Source: an uncultured Ignavibacteriales bacterium (GTDB lineage: Bacteria > Zixibacteria > MSB-5A5 > GN15 > JAAZOE01). Taken from it: a DNA stretch of 37,807 nucleotides. Both the position numbers and the translations under genes were made by a program. Positions 1-8,200 of the stretch are shown piece after piece. The notes beneath the pieces are model-generated. The model worked only from the letters and a program-made list of their open reading frames with translations. It was not told the DNA's origin and made no database searches. Where the stretch lies: contig CAZSYD010000021.1 in assembly GCA_964611355.1 (NCBI GenBank), positions 1 to 37,807 on the forward strand, given 5' to 3'. How positions within the stretch are numbered: position 1 is the stretch's first letter; each line of letters opens with the position of its first letter.

Positions 1-52
1 TCTTTGCAGCGTTCCTGACCGGTCTATGGAGCTTTAAGGCGTTCAAATCCAT
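1..52 (-). CDS. 5' end of a probable divergent CDS running off the window (MDLNALKLHRPVRNAAK...)
   Basis: Minus-strand ATG at 52, open frame to the window edge, divergent from the regulator; too short to identify. Confidence 0.35.
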   Translation of the reverse strand, partial: MDLNALKLHRPVRNAAK

Positions 53-194
53 GATACCAACCCTGAGAATAAACTATAACACCTCCGCCGCAATGTCAAA
101 CACAAATTCCAAACCCGTTAAAACAACGTCAAGGAGTATTTCCCCCATTTTTTATCGAAATGACGCCCGACGGCATTGTTACTTTGGCAAATAA

Positions 195-208
195 TTGCTA
201 TATTGCAA
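195..208. promoter_or_regulatory. TTGC-N6-GCAA palindrome (TTGCTATATTGCAA), probable autoregulatory site of the sigma54 activator
   Basis: Same motif as the two sites at 1582 and 1616; its right half is the putative -35 of the activator promoter. Confidence 0.6.
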
Positions 209-232
209 TCATAGGCAAAATGTCTATATAAT
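203..232 (+). promoter_or_regulatory. sigma70-type promoter for the activator gene
   Basis: TTGCAA (203-208), 18-nt spacer, TATAAT (227-232), just upstream of ATG 244. Confidence 0.5.
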
Positions 233-243
233 GGCAGACAGTT

Positions 244-1575
244 ATGGAGCAAAAAAGCAAGGCGACAGATATTATTCTCGACAGTATTGCCGACGGCGTT
301 TTTACCGTTGACCGCGAGTGGCGGATTACCTCGTTCAACAAAGCCGCCGAGAAAATTACCGGCATATCCAGAGACGAAGCGGTCGGGCAACAATGCTGTG
401 ACGTTTTTCACGCTTCTATTTGCGAATCGGATTGCGCTTTAAGAAAAACCTTCGAGACCGAAAAGCCTGTGGTCAATAAGACAGTTTACATTATGAATCT
501 TGAAGGGCGACGGATACCCGTCAGCATTTCAACAGGGGTTTTAAGGGACGAAAAGGGCGAAATTGTCGGAGGCGTGGAAACGTTTCGCGACCTGAGCGCC
601 GTTGAAGAACTTCGCCGCCAGCTTCGCCAGAGCTATTCCTTTGAGGATATCATCAGCAAAAGCGATGCAATGCGGCAGGTTTTCGGCATCCTGCCGAGCG
701 TCGCCGAAAGCGATACTACCGTTCTGATCGAAGGCGAAAGCGGCACCGGCAAGGAACTTATCGCCCGCGCTATCCATAACCTGTCCCGTCGGCGTGAAAA
801 GCCGATGATTGCCGTCAACTGCGGGGCGCTGCCGGATACGCTCCTGGAGTCGGAACTTTTCGGGTACAAGGCGGGAGCTTTTACCGATGCCGTCAGGGAT
901 AAACCGGGCCGATTCGCCCTCGCCAAAGGAGGCACGCTCTTTCTGGATGAAATCGCCGACGTTTCACCGGCACTGCAGGTCAGATTGCTGAGAGTTTTGC
1001 AGGAACGCAAATACGAGCCGCTTGGGGCCACCGAATCGGTCGATGCTGACGTGCGCATCATCGCGGCCGTCAACCGACATCTTGAAACGCTGGTTAAAAA
1101 AGGAAAATTCCGCGAAGACCTTTACTATCGTATCAATGTTTTGCCGATCAAAATTCCCCCGCTCCGGGACCGAAAAGAAGATGTCCCGCTTCTAATCGAG
1201 CATTTTATTGACCGGTTCAACAAAATAAAAAGCAAAGAGATAGCCGACGTCTCGCCGGGGGTTTTATCAATTCTTATGACGCACGGCTACCCCGGAAACG
1301 TCCGCGAACTGGAAAATATTATCGAGCATGCTTTTGTTTTATGCAAAAGTACAATCATTGACGTCGATTGTCTTCCCCAAAATCTGCTTCCCGAAGGAAG
1401 GCGCCAGAAGATTACCGCGCCTATTCGTTCGGTAGGCGACTTTGAAAGAAATCTCATATTAGAAACACTCCGGAAAAACAACTGGAGCCGGGTCGGGACA
1501 GCCTCTGAACTGGGAATTGACAAATCGACATTGTGGCGGAAAATGAAAAAGCTCAAAATAAGTCCGCCTGATTAA
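244..1575 (+). CDS. sigma54-dependent enhancer-binding activator, PAS-AAA+-Fis HTH (OrpR-like)
   Basis: Cys-rich PAS (QCCDVFHASICESDC), Walker A GESGTGKE, ESELFGY..GAFTDA, LFLDEI, REDLYYR, PGNVRELEN, C-terminal HTH (LGIDKSTLWRKMKK). Confidence 0.95.
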   Translation: MEQKSKATDIILDSIADGVFTVDREWRITSFNKAAEKITGISRDEAVGQQCCDVFHASICESDCALRKTFETEKPVVNKTVYIMNLEGRRIPVSISTGVLRDEKGEIVGGVETFRDLSAVEELRRQLRQSYSFEDIISKSDAMRQVFGILPSVAESDTTVLIEGESGTGKELIARAIHNLSRRREKPMIAVNCGALPDTLLESELFGYKAGAFTDAVRDKPGRFALAKGGTLFLDEIADVSPALQVRLLRVLQERKYEPLGATESVDADVRIIAAVNRHLETLVKKGKFREDLYYRINVLPIKIPPLRDRKEDVPLLIEHFIDRFNKIKSKEIADVSPGVLSILMTHGYPGNVRELENIIEHAFVLCKSTIIDVDCLPQNLLPEGRRQKITAPIRSVGDFERNLILETLRKNNWSRVGTASELGIDKSTLWRKMKKLKISPPD

Positions 1576-1581
1576 CATTAA

Positions 1582-1629
1582 TTGCACTATTGCAAGGTAA
1601 TTTTATTCACAACCATTGCGCCAGTGCAA
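1582..1629. promoter_or_regulatory. Tandem upstream activator sites TTGCACTATTGCAA (1582-1595) and TTGCGCCAGTGCAA (1616-1629)
   Basis: Two TTGC-N6-GCAA palindromes with starts 34 bp apart, about 95-145 bp upstream of the -24/-12 box, the usual enhancer position. Confidence 0.7.
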
Positions 1630-1724
1630 CCATTTAGTTGTAAACCTGCGACTATTCTCAAATCCCTGTCATGTAACTGATTAATAGTCAGCATATTACA
1701 ATATCCGTCTATATTGCGGGTTAT

Positions 1725-1740
1725 TGGCATGGATTCTGCT
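1725..1740 (+). promoter_or_regulatory. sigma54 -24/-12 promoter TGGCATGGATTCTGCT
   Basis: GG-N10-GC spacing matches TGGCACG-N4-TTGCW; lies directly upstream of the GGAG RBS and ATG 1763, next to an enhancer-binding protein gene. Confidence 0.85.
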
Positions 1741-1762
1741 CTATGATTACCCGGAGTTAATT

Positions 1763-2176
1763 ATGATAGGTATACCGGTCTGGAATAATCGTGTTTCGCC
1801 CGTCCTGGACAGTGCCGGGCAGTTACTTGTGGTCGATTTTGAAGACGGAAGCGAAACTTCCCGTAGAAAGATAGATTTGGCCGAACCGTTTCTTGCGCAA
1901 AAGGTACGGCGTATCTGTCAGGCCGGTATTGATACGATTATCTGCGGCGCCGTTTCGCGCCACCTTGAAATGATGCTGACCGCCTCCGGAATCGAGGTTA
2001 TTCCCTGGGTTCGAGGCGAGGTGAATGATATTCTTGAAGCCCATCTTGCGGGCAGTCTTGAGAGAGAAGCGTTCCACTTACCGGGGTGCTTTCGTCGACG
2101 AGAGCGTCGGGGGATGGGCGGACGAAAAGGTCACCGACACGGTTCCGGCCGGGGCGGGGGAATATATAGGAGGTAA
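1763..2176 (+). CDS. NifB/NifX (dinitrogenase FeMo-cofactor biosynthesis) family protein with Gly/Arg-rich tail
   Basis: MIGIPVWNNRVSPVLDSA...IICGAVS...PGC motif. Start moved to ATG 1763 because of the GGAG RBS and because the longer ORF overlaps the promoter. Confidence 0.85.
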   Translation: MIGIPVWNNRVSPVLDSAGQLLVVDFEDGSETSRRKIDLAEPFLAQKVRRICQAGIDTIICGAVSRHLEMMLTASGIEVIPWVRGEVNDILEAHLAGSLEREAFHLPGCFRRRERRGMGGRKGHRHGSGRGGGIYRR

Positions 2177-2177
2177 T

Positions 2178-2531
2178 ATGAAAATCGCCATCACTTCACA
2201 AGGGACGGAATTGTCGTCTCAAATGGATCCACGATTTGGAAGAAGCAGGTATCTGGTAATCTTTGATACGGATACGGCCGGCAATGAATTAAAGGTCATT
2301 GACAACGAGGCGGCCGTGCAGGCGGCTCATGGCGCCGGCGTGGCGACGGCTCAAACGGTTATTCGGGAAAATGTCAATGTGGTTATTTCGGGCAATTTCG
2401 GCCCGAATGCTTTTCGGGTCCTCAATGCCGCCGGCATCAAGGCGGTGACGTTACCCGATGCAACGGTTGAAAAGGCGATTGAGATGGCAAGGCAAAACAA
2501 ACTGGATCCCATTGAAGGGGCTTCGGTGTGA
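2178..2531 (+). CDS. NifB/NifX family protein, Orange-protein (Orp/MTH1175)-like
   Basis: MKIAITS...DPRFGRS...AHGAG...VISGNFGPNAFRVL; AGGAGG RBS before ATG 2178. Confidence 0.9.
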   Translation: MKIAITSQGTELSSQMDPRFGRSRYLVIFDTDTAGNELKVIDNEAAVQAAHGAGVATAQTVIRENVNVVISGNFGPNAFRVLNAAGIKAVTLPDATVEKAIEMARQNKLDPIEGASV

Positions 2532-2661
2532 AAATGGCAAATTATCGAAAAGATACGGCTTTGGCTTGCGGAGAAAAGCCTCCGGCTAAAACCGTCGCTC
2601 TGATTTTAGGTAAAAACGTTTCGGTTCCATTGTACCGAAAAGGGAAAAGGAGGTAATTCGG

Positions 2662-2961
2662 ATGTCGAATATGAAAACCAATAGCGGTCCGGTAGAAGGT
2701 GGAGGCGGAGGCGGCCGAAGGATGCGAAAGAGGCTTGGACGATGTTTTTCCGGAAAACAGGGTAAAACGATTGGGATCGCCTCGATAGCCGCTCCGGTGG
2801 CCGGCTTTATCGTCAACGACCTGAGAAAGCCGAATAGTATTGTACGCAATCTCCTGGCGATCACGGCCGCCAAGCTCCTGCCGGCAAGGTTTGAAAAACG
2901 GAAGGCGCTTGACATCAGTGATAAGGTGGAGATTATCGAAGATAAAGGGCAGGGCAACTGA
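2662..2961 (+). CDS. Small hypothetical protein with Gly/Arg-rich N-terminus and a short hydrophobic segment
   Basis: Strong AAGGAGGT RBS; fits operon spacing. Confidence 0.7.
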   Translation: MSNMKTNSGPVEGGGGGGRRMRKRLGRCFSGKQGKTIGIASIAAPVAGFIVNDLRKPNSIVRNLLAITAAKLLPARFEKRKALDISDKVEIIEDKGQGN

Positions 2962-3026
2962 TATTATTCAATGTTGCCTTGATTAATAAGATATAAATAT
3001 CTTCAAGAAAGAGAAAGGAGTCTAAA

Positions 3027-3440
3027 ATGCCAGGTGGAGACAGAACGGGTCCGATCGGTGCCGGTCCGATGACCGGTCGCGGGCTTGGATATTGTGCAGG
3101 ATACGGCCGGCCGGGTTGGGCTAATCCCGGTTATGGCCGTGGAATGGGATTTATGGGACGAGGATTCGGCGGGGGTTTCGGTCGAGGTTTTGGCCGAGGT
3201 GGCGGCCGAGGATGGGGTCGTTCGTATTATGGCGCCGGTTTTCAGGGATGGGCCGGAGGAGGACCCGGGTACCCGGTTCCAACCTCGGAACCGTATCCCT
3301 GGTTTGGCGGGGCATTAGACCCGGGCGATGAATTGACCGGTCTCAGGGATGAGGCTAAATACTACGGGAAAACCCTGGAGGAAATCAACAAGAGAATCGA
3401 TGAGCTCCAGAAAGAAGTAAAACAGGCAAAGGAAAAATAA
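3027..3440 (+). CDS. DUF5320-family protein (RGG-rich, C-terminal coiled coil)
   Basis: MPGGDRTGPxGxGPMTGRGLGYCAG signature; C-terminal L..EA..L..I.KRI.EL coiled coil; AAGGAG RBS. Confidence 0.9.
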   Translation: MPGGDRTGPIGAGPMTGRGLGYCAGYGRPGWANPGYGRGMGFMGRGFGGGFGRGFGRGGGRGWGRSYYGAGFQGWAGGGPGYPVPTSEPYPWFGGALDPGDELTGLRDEAKYYGKTLEEINKRIDELQKEVKQAKEK

Positions 3441-3444
3441 GGGT

Positions 3445-3881
3445 ATGAAAAACAAAGGCGGTTTTGGTAGCGCGGCCGCACGTATAGGTCGCGGCCAGGG
3501 TGGGGGTATGGGCCGTGGTCAAGGCGGCGGCGCGGGCCGTGGTCAAGGTGGCGGCGCGGGCCGTGGTCAAGGTGGCGGCGNNNNNNNNNNNNNNNNNNNN
3601 NNNNNNNNNNNNNNNNNNNNNNNNNNNNNNNNNNNNNNNNNNNNNNNNNNNNNNNNNNNNNNNNNNNNNNNNNNNNNNNNGGCGGCGCGGGCCGTGGTCA
3701 AGGTGGCGGCGCGGGCCGTGGTCAAGGTGGCGGCGGTCGTGGTCAAGGCGGTGGGCGAGCCGCTGGCCCCGGCGGTGAGTGCGTTTGCCCCCAATGCGGT
3801 ACGATTGTAACGCATGACCTCGGAACGCAGTGCTTCAATATAAAATGCCCGAAGTGTGGCCAGCCGATGACGAGAAAATAG
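3445..3881 (+). CDS. Gly-rich repeat protein with C-terminal Cys-rich double zinc-ribbon-like domain (spans assembly gap)
   Basis: N-terminal (GRGQGGGA)n. After the N-gap, the frame starting at 3681 reads GGAGRGQGGG...AAGPGGECVCPQCGTIVTHDLGTQCFNIKCPKCGQPMTRK-stop (TAG 3879-3881). The supplied ORF track is frameshifted by the placeholder gap. Confidence 0.8.
3487..3755 (+). repeat. 24-bp coding tandem repeat (GGCCGTGGTCAAGGTGGCGGCGCG)n, true copy number unknown
   Basis: About 4 units before and about 3 after a 100-N gap (3581-3680); encodes GRGQGGGA. Confidence 0.95.
3581..3680. other. Assembly gap (100 N)
   Basis: Run of n, flanked by identical repeat units. Confidence 1.
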
Positions 3882-3900
3882 TCTACCGGGGAAACCGCAA

Positions 3901-4749
3901 TTGAAAATAGCCATAGCAAGCGGCAAAGGCGGCACGGGTAAAACGACAATCGCGACCAATCTGGCCGTCACGCTGGCGGATTCGGGGAAGGAAGTCGTCT
4001 ATCTTGACTGTGATGTGGAGGAACCGAACGGGCATATATTTATCAAGCCCGAAATCGGACAAAGCATCAAAGTAGGTCAGCTTATTCCCGAAGTCGATTA
4101 CCAGCGGTGCGATTTTTGCGGTGAGTGCGCTCGAATATGCGAGTTTAACGCTCTTGCCGTTATTCCCGATAAGGTTATGATTTTCCCGGAACTGTGTCAC
4201 AGTTGCGGGGGTTGTTACCATCTATGTCCCCGGAAAGCGATCAGCGAAATTCCTCGGGAAGTAGGCGTTATCAATCGGGGCAGGGGTCTGGGTCTCGATT
4301 TTGTCGAAGGAAGGCTGAATATCGGCGAAGTTATGGCGCCGCCGGTAACCCGCGCCGTTAAGCAGTCCGTTACTGATGCTCCGCTGATTATTATTGACGC
4401 TCCTCCGGGGACGTCGTGTCCGGTTATTGAAGCGGTCAAAGGCAGTGATTACGTGGCGCTGGTAACCGAACCGACGCCGTTCGGGCTTAATGATCTCAAA
4501 CTGGCTGCGGAAATGCTCCGAGAACTTGGGCTTCCCTTTGGCGTGGTAATTAATCGTTCCGGTTCCGGCGACGACGATGTCATCAGTTATTGCCGCAACG
4601 AGGATATCGAGATACTTTTGAAAATCCCCGACAATCGAGAAATTGCGGAAAGCTATTCCAAGGGCGAGATATTTGCCCGAGCCAGCGCAGATTATAGAAA
4701 AGGGTTGGAAAATCTTTTTGATCGCATAGCCGTCAGGGTGGCGTCGTGA
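3901..4749 (+). CDS. MinD/ParA/CobQ-like P-loop ATPase with 2x[4Fe-4S] ferredoxin insert
   Basis: TTG start; ASGKGGTGKTT, DCDVEEPN, CDFCGECARIC and CHSCGGCYHLC, DAPPGTSCP, TEPTPFGLNDL. Confidence 0.93.
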   Translation: MKIAIASGKGGTGKTTIATNLAVTLADSGKEVVYLDCDVEEPNGHIFIKPEIGQSIKVGQLIPEVDYQRCDFCGECARICEFNALAVIPDKVMIFPELCHSCGGCYHLCPRKAISEIPREVGVINRGRGLGLDFVEGRLNIGEVMAPPVTRAVKQSVTDAPLIIIDAPPGTSCPVIEAVKGSDYVALVTEPTPFGLNDLKLAAEMLRELGLPFGVVINRSGSGDDDVISYCRNEDIEILLKIPDNREIAESYSKGEIFARASADYRKGLENLFDRIAVRVAS

Positions 4750-5687
4750 AAGAGTTGGTGATCCTGAGCGGCAAAGGCGGTACCGGAAAGACCAGCCTGG
4801 TCGGCGCCCTGGCGACTCTGGCCGGCAGCAAGGTACTGGTTGATTGCGACGTGGACGCCGCCAATCTGTACCTGATCGCCGATCCGGGGATCAGGGAAAG
4901 TCATACATTTATCGGTGGCCAAAAAGCCGAGATTGATCAGCAATTATGCGCCTACTGCGGGGAATGCCTTGATTATTGCCGGTTTGAAGCTATTGTTTCA
5001 GTTGCCTCGGATGCTCCCGACCGGGAACCTCAGTTTGAAATAGACCGGCTTAATTGTGAAGGGTGCGGCGTTTGTACTTATTTCTGTCCGGAAAATGCGA
5101 TTAATATGAAGCCCGCCGAAAGCGGAAAGTGGTATGTTTCCGATACACGCTTCGGGCCTATGGTGCATGGTCAACTGGGCCCGGGAGAAGGCAATTCCGG
5201 AAAACTGGTGACTGTTTTGAGGAAAAAAGCGCGCGATGAGGCCGAATCTCTGAAATGCGATTTGATTTTAGTTGACGGTCCCCCGGGAATCGGCTGTCCG
5301 GCTATCGCGACTCTGACCGGAGCAGGTTATGTTCTGCTGGTCACCGAACCGTCGCTTTCGGCTTTTCATGATTTCAAGCGAGTGGCGCAGCTTGTCCGGC
5401 ATTTCAAAATCCCGGCCGGTCTTTGCGTCAACAAGTATGACATCAATAGATCAATCTCCGGGAAAATTGAAAAGAATGCCGAAGAAAACGGCATAGATAT
5501 ACTGGGACGGCTCAAATATGATGTTGACTTTACGAGGGCGCAGGTTTTGGGCAAGACGATAATGGAATATTCTACCGGCGAAACCGCCAATGATATAAGA
5601 TCGCTATGGAAAAAGCTGCAAAAAAGACTGCAATCGATTGACGAGACCGGGACGAATACGAATATTGCAAATATACAGGGTCTATAA
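4746..5687 (+). CDS. Second MinD/ParA-like P-loop ATPase with 2x[4Fe-4S] ferredoxin insert
   Basis: GTGA overlap with previous gene; SGKGGTGKTS, DCDVDAANL, CAYCGECLDYC and CEGCGVCTYFC, NSGKLV, DGPPGIGCP. Confidence 0.93.
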   Translation: MKELVILSGKGGTGKTSLVGALATLAGSKVLVDCDVDAANLYLIADPGIRESHTFIGGQKAEIDQQLCAYCGECLDYCRFEAIVSVASDAPDREPQFEIDRLNCEGCGVCTYFCPENAINMKPAESGKWYVSDTRFGPMVHGQLGPGEGNSGKLVTVLRKKARDEAESLKCDLILVDGPPGIGCPAIATLTGAGYVLLVTEPSLSAFHDFKRVAQLVRHFKIPAGLCVNKYDINRSISGKIEKNAEENGIDILGRLKYDVDFTRAQVLGKTIMEYSTGETANDIRSLWKKLQKRLQSIDETGTNTNIANIQGL

Positions 5688-5705
5688 AATAATGGAGTCA
5701 GTGAT

Positions 5706-6089
5706 ATGAAAATCGCCATCCCGACGTCAGACGGCGTGCTCTCGGCTCACTTCGGGTATTGCCAGGAGTTTGTTCTCGTGGAAGTTGATCCGTCGGCAAA
5801 AAAAACCATCAACTCGGAAAAACTTGTCCCGCCCGGACATCAGCCGGGCATACTGCCGCAGTGGTTAAGCCAACAGGGGGTGACCCATATTATTGTCGGG
5901 GGTATTGGTCATCGGGCGATTCAATTCTTTGACCAGATGGGTATTAAGGTTATCGCCGGCGTGCCGGAATTGCCGGTCGAAGAGGTTGTCGCCGAGTGGC
6001 TGGACGGCAAGCTCGAAGCAAATTACGTCCCCTGCGAGGGTCATGGTCCCTACTATGGCGAGGGACATGGCGGCCACGAAAATAAATAA
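5706..6089 (+). CDS. NifB/NifX family protein with Cys/His-rich tail
   Basis: MKIAIP...LSAHFGYC...PPGHQPGILP.WL...GGIG.RA; ends CEGHGPYYGEGHGGHENK. Confidence 0.9.
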   Translation: MKIAIPTSDGVLSAHFGYCQEFVLVEVDPSAKKTINSEKLVPPGHQPGILPQWLSQQGVTHIIVGGIGHRAIQFFDQMGIKVIAGVPELPVEEVVAEWLDGKLEANYVPCEGHGPYYGEGHGGHENK

Positions 6090-6116
6090 TCTATTCCCAA
6101 TTGGATTGGGGAGATT

Positions 6117-6755
6117 ATGCCGAAGACGGATCCGTACGACGACTGGGTGCAAAGTTACGACCGCTGGTATGATGAGCATAAGTTTGTCTATGAAGCCGAG
6201 CTGGAAGCGGTCGGAATACTTACTCCCCAATATGGCACAGGGTTGGAAATAGGGATCGGCACCGGTCGTTTTGCCCGGCCATTGAATATCTCCCACGGAG
6301 TTGAGCCTTCGAAAGATATGCGAGCTTTCGCCCGCTCCCGGGGGCTTGACGTGGTTGACGGTACCGCTGAGTCCCTCCCGCATGATGATGCTCAATTCGA
6401 CTTTGCGCTCATGGTCACCGTTTTGCTCCTGCTTGATGATGCCGATGCAGCCATGCGGGAATGTTATCGTGTTATTAAACCGGGGGGTTGTTTGATTATC
6501 GGATTCATCGACCGCGACAGCCGGGTCGGGAAAAATTATTCAAGCCGAAAGAATGAAAATAGCAGCAGCTATTTTGCGAAAGCCAGGTTTTACACCCCCA
6601 AAGAAGTAATCGCAATGCTGGAAAAGGCGGGCTTTTCAAATTTCGAATTCTATCAGACATTATTCCGCGACATGGAATCGATAGATACTCCCGAACCGGT
6701 CAGATCGGGTTACGGTGAAGGTTCGTTTGTTGTGGTCAGGGCGAAGAAGGAATGA
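6117..6755 (+). CDS. Class I SAM-dependent methyltransferase
   Basis: YDRWY, GLEIGIGTGRF, GVEPS..M, AESLP, C-terminal GYGEGSFVV. Confidence 0.9.
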   Translation: MPKTDPYDDWVQSYDRWYDEHKFVYEAELEAVGILTPQYGTGLEIGIGTGRFARPLNISHGVEPSKDMRAFARSRGLDVVDGTAESLPHDDAQFDFALMVTVLLLLDDADAAMRECYRVIKPGGCLIIGFIDRDSRVGKNYSSRKNENSSSYFAKARFYTPKEVIAMLEKAGFSNFEFYQTLFRDMESIDTPEPVRSGYGEGSFVVVRAKKE

Positions 6756-6791
6756 TTTCCTGCGGGTTGCTTTAGCGAGGTATGAACGTCA

Positions 6792-7583
6792 ATGGCTGAC
6801 AAAACGCGCGGAGTAGCCCTCATCACCGGCGCGTCAAGCGGTATCGGAGAAACCTTTGCCGAAGAACTGGCGGCGCGGGGATACGATCTGATTCTTGTCG
6901 CCCGACGACAGGATAAACTGGAAAGAATCTGCGAACAGCTAAGAGAAAAGTATTCGGTCAAGTGCCAAATCCTATCGGCTGATCTTGCCCGAGACGAAGA
7001 CATCGAAAAGGTCGCTTCCCGTATTAAAGAAACCGAAAATCTTACCATGCTGATAAACAACGCAGGTTTTGGCGCCATCGGCGATTTCGGTGAAGTTGAT
7101 TTCGGCAGGCAGCTCGATATGATCTCGGTTCATGTCCTGGCTGCGGTAAAACTGTGCCGGGCGGCGCTGCCGAATATGATTGCCGAAAAGCGCGGCGATA
7201 TTATCAATGTTTCTTCGGTGGCTGGCTTTATGGCTACTCCCGGAAATATCAACTACTGCGCCACCAAAGCCTACCTGATTCCTTTTTCCGAAGGACTGCA
7301 GGAGGAATTGAAAGATAAAGGCATCAGGGTACAGGCTCTCTGCCCGGGATTTACCTGTACTGAATTTCACGAAGTTGGCGATCTCGTCGGTTTCGACCGT
7401 TCGCACGTTCCCAAAGGCTGGTGGATGTCGGCCGAATATGTTGTCCGGGAATCGCTGAAGGCGCTGGAAAAAGGTCGGGTTACTTGTATTCCCCACATCA
7501 GGTATAGATTAATCGTAACGATTGTCCGCAACCGTTTTCTGGCCCGGCTGCTTCGTCCGCTGATCAGGAGACGGAGAAGATAG
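6792..7583 (+). CDS. SDR family NAD(P)-dependent oxidoreductase
   Basis: TGASSGIG, ARR, NNAGFG, YCATK, CPGFT.TEF. Confidence 0.93.
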   Translation: MADKTRGVALITGASSGIGETFAEELAARGYDLILVARRQDKLERICEQLREKYSVKCQILSADLARDEDIEKVASRIKETENLTMLINNAGFGAIGDFGEVDFGRQLDMISVHVLAAVKLCRAALPNMIAEKRGDIINVSSVAGFMATPGNINYCATKAYLIPFSEGLQEELKDKGIRVQALCPGFTCTEFHEVGDLVGFDRSHVPKGWWMSAEYVVRESLKALEKGRVTCIPHIRYRLIVTIVRNRFLARLLRPLIRRRRR

Positions 7584-7645
7584 ATTTGTTTCGATCCTTA
7601 TAATTGGCAGCGGACAATTATGTCCGTCGAGTATGGTGGTACGTT

Positions 7646-8011
7646 ATGGGATTTTTAGACAAACTGTTTAACAGAGAACCGAAGCCGGGCAAGCCACGCA
7701 AGCTGACCGATGAGACTTTCAGGGATGAGGTGCTGTCATCCGGCATTCCCTCTGTGATTGATTTCTGGTCGCTCAGTTGCCCGCCATGCCAGGTAATGGG
7801 CGGGCTTCTAAGCGAAATCGGCCCCGATTATGCCGGACGAGTAAATATCTTCAAGCTCAACGTTGATCGAAATCCGAAAATAACCGCTATGTATCAGGTA
7901 CAGAGTTTACCTACGCTGATTTTCCTTCGCGGGGGAAGGGTCGTCGACAGGGTAGTCGGCCTTTTGCCTTTGAACCCGTTAAAGCGAAAGCTTGACAGGC
8001 TGGCCAGGTAG
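7646..8011 (+). CDS. Thioredoxin family protein
   Basis: DFWSLSCPPC, KLNVD, SLPTL; likely start ATG 7646. Confidence 0.85.
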   Translation: MGFLDKLFNREPKPGKPRKLTDETFRDEVLSSGIPSVIDFWSLSCPPCQVMGGLLSEIGPDYAGRVNIFKLNVDRNPKITAMYQVQSLPTLIFLRGGRVVDRVVGLLPLNPLKRKLDRLAR

Positions 8012-8127
8012 GCGTTTGATAATACGTTGCCTCAATCCTCAGCCCCCGGGTCGCGGGTATATGTATGGCGTTCTCCGGTCGGCGCCGCGCTTCGGATTAT
8101 GATTGGATATGGACAAGCGGGGAAAAG

Positions 8128-8179
8128 ACCGGTTGCGCGACAAATTTGATATGACCGACCTGATTATCGCGCAACCGGT
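8128..8179 (-). terminator. 13-bp perfect inverted repeat, probable terminator between convergent genes
   Basis: ACCGGTTGCGCGA (8128-8140) and TCGCGCAACCGGT (8167-8179); followed by CTTTT on the minus strand. The 26-nt loop is long. Confidence 0.5.
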
Positions 8180-8200
8180 TGAGTTTTGTCTGCGCCCTGC

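Noticed and set aside
185..199. TGGCAAATAATTGCT as a sigma54 promoter for the activator
   Set aside because: GG-to-GC spacing is 9 nt, not the required 10.
2529..2603. TGA read-through (selenocysteine) at the end of the Orp-like gene
   Set aside because: The protein is already family length, no Cys is expected at that position, and no clear SECIS hairpin was seen.
3487..3755. Tandem repeat as a CRISPR array
   Set aside because: No unique spacers; it is an in-frame 24-bp coding repeat.
1763..6089. NifB/NifX genes as evidence of nitrogen fixation
   Set aside because: No nifHDK or nifEN here; this family occurs widely in non-diazotroph orp-like clusters.
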